Below, in pieces: positions 62,030 to 64,000 of a stretch of 64,000 bases of DNA (positions within the stretch are counted from its first letter, which is position 1; every line of letters begins with the position of its first letter). The translations under genes and the position numbers were made by a program. Under the pieces are notes generated by a model that was not told where the DNA came from, searched no databases, and was given only the letters and a program-made list of their open reading frames with translations. The DNA comes from Chara braunii (taxonomy: Eukaryota > Plantae > Charophyceae). Location: positions 5,973,336 through 6,037,335 of the forward strand of contig BFEA01000012.1 of NCBI GenBank assembly GCA_003427395.1, written 5' to 3'.

Positions 62030-63595
62030 CGAGTTTGCAGCACTGGTTTCAACCATGAAATAGGTCGTGGCGGCAATCTACAATACACCAGAAATCATGG
62101 AGGGTACGTTGGATCCTAAGCAAATCATGGACCATAAAGAACAAATTTCAAAACGAACCAAGACTGGATTTCTGGAAGAGGCTAGGCATGGAGAGAGATC
62201 ACCAATAAACAAAGAAGAAATGCTCAGACAACCTCTCTTCTGTAACCCTTGGATAGCCAACAGCGAAAACACAACCTTCACTCTCACCTCAAAAGACACA
62301 AGATGGGGCACTCGGTTAGAGAGAGGCGTCTGCAAATCAAACACATCTGGGACGACTCTAAAAAGGAATGGCAGTCGGCTAGACAACTCAGAGAAAAACT
62401 CAAAGGCTGCCACAACCTAACACAAAACCTCCAACAAATGATAAATGCCATCCTGTTGGAGTGGATATCAACTCTCAAAAAGGACAAACAGTGGTCATCA
62501 GGAGATTGGGCGTTAATGACACAAGAAACCCCCATGATCACACAATAGCCTTTATAAGAAAAGAAGATGGTAGAAACAACTGGCTCACTTTCTCCATGCA
62601 CAGTCTAGAAGAACCACGAACAGATTGCTCCAAAGTCAACAAAGACTCGGTAGCGCAGGTCACAGTCAGCGAGGACAACCTTAGAAAAGTTAGTACGAGA
62701 AAATGAAGAATTCGCCATATTCCATCCCCAAACTACCATAGAAGATTTAGAATTCGACCCAGTTGAACGGGCATGGAATCTAAAGCAAAAGTTCACAAGA
62801 ATCGACCGCATAATTAACCAGATTAACTACGCCACCAGTCTAGGTTGTAAACTTAGACATAGATCAGCAGCCCCAGAAACAGTCATAGCAGACCACTGGA
62901 ATACACACCTCGAAGTAGAACCCGAGGCTTTAAAAGAAATACCATGGAACCAAATAGCAACACTACATCCCCGCAAGTTCAAAAGCTTACAATGGTTAAT
63001 CCTATACCTAGCAATGGGATTGCTAGGTGTAGGATTAACCATTGTAAGCTTTTGAACTTTAGAAGAAGAAAAGAAGACAGAAACCCCTTAAATGAACTAT
63101 GTGCCAATTGCTTAGAAGGACAGATAGATAATCTGTTCCACTGCTTCCTCAAATGCCCCATTATCAAACCCATATGCCCTTATTCTACTAGGCTTCACAA
63201 CACCTGACGACTGTCCCCCCTTGCAAATCAACTTATTCCAAATCCTGCGCGAGTCAGCACTATGGTCCATCTGGAGAAAAAGATGCCAGGAAACAATAGA
63301 CAAACAACGAATGCACGTGCAGGAAGCATGGAGTATCCTCAGGCAACAGGTAGAAACTGAATACTGGGTCCTATGGCGCAAAGTCAAGAGGAAGATGAAA
63401 ACGAACGAACCCAAAGCCAAAGAACTCCAAACCAAATTTGAGGAAGCTTACATTGCCAAAGGTAAGATAGCAATCGTCAAGGGTCAGGGTCTAATCTTCA
63501 AAATGTGGAACGACCCAGCGCAAACCTCCAGTCCAGATTCAAGACCAATGATCAGCACACCAGACTCATTGAGCATCCAGATCAATTCTTTCTAA
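62030..63595 (+). mobile_element. Degenerate L1-like LINE ORF2 C-terminus (zf-RVT)
   Basis: QPLFCNPWI, PWNQIATLHPRKFKSLQW, CANC...DNLFHCFLKCP and ALWSIWRKRC; A-rich sense strand. Confidence 0.8.
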
Positions 63596-64000
63596 AACGC
63601 CGCAGATAACCATACCAAAGACAGAAAAGGAACACAATCGAAATACTCACTCCCCCAACTCGACCAAGCACACCCCCACCCGAACAACACAGCCCCCGAC
63701 GGCAGCACAATAAAGGCCTTTAACAGACTGAATGCCAAGTCACAAACCCCCACAAACCTCTTCTCCAGCATAAGGTTACACACAGCCCTAATCCCGCCTC
63801 AAGCCCCTCTTATCCTTCATACCCCTCCAACACACACCTAGCCCTATTATCATCACACAAACCACCCCGAGCCCAACCCATACCCCCCCAGCCATGCCAT
63901 TTCACACCCAAACACAATAGCCACACAACCCCACATCGCAGACCTGCAAACATCCCACACAATCTCTGCTCAAGCCAGCAAAAGTAATGCCACTTCCTCC

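Overview
A eukaryotic, transposon-saturated 64-kb window with five N-gaps beside (GA)n/(CA)n/poly-A runs. The style of the retroelement proteins, the huge TE-filled intron and a mitochondrial cob/group II intron insert suggest a streptophyte alga such as Chara; this is inference only. The one host gene seen is an FtsH11/YME1-like protease on the minus strand: two small exons (57349-57402 and 43698-43901) separated by a 13.4-kb intron of nested retroelements. The main object is a structurally full-length but mutated Ty3/Gypsy LTR retrotransposon (6509-19813; LTRs ~2.35 kb; GCGG TSD) with four unusual features. (i) A C4HC3 PHD finger sits inside Pol between RNase H and integrase. (ii) Extra sense ORFs after pol are chained by ATGA stop/start overlaps. 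(iii) A Cys/His-rich ORF lies inside the LTR. (iv) The ends are asymmetric: the 5' LTR lacks the terminal GCGTCACA, and a copy of that terminus replaces the polypurine tract upstream of the 3' LTR. Also present: a ~1.2-kb SINE family with two tRNA-like modules (5 copies), a family of TTAA-flanked TIR elements (one carrying the mitochondrial DNA), a U6 snRNA pseudogene split by a hairpin-bearing insertion, a degenerate chromodomain-bearing Gypsy element, and L1-like LINE remnants.
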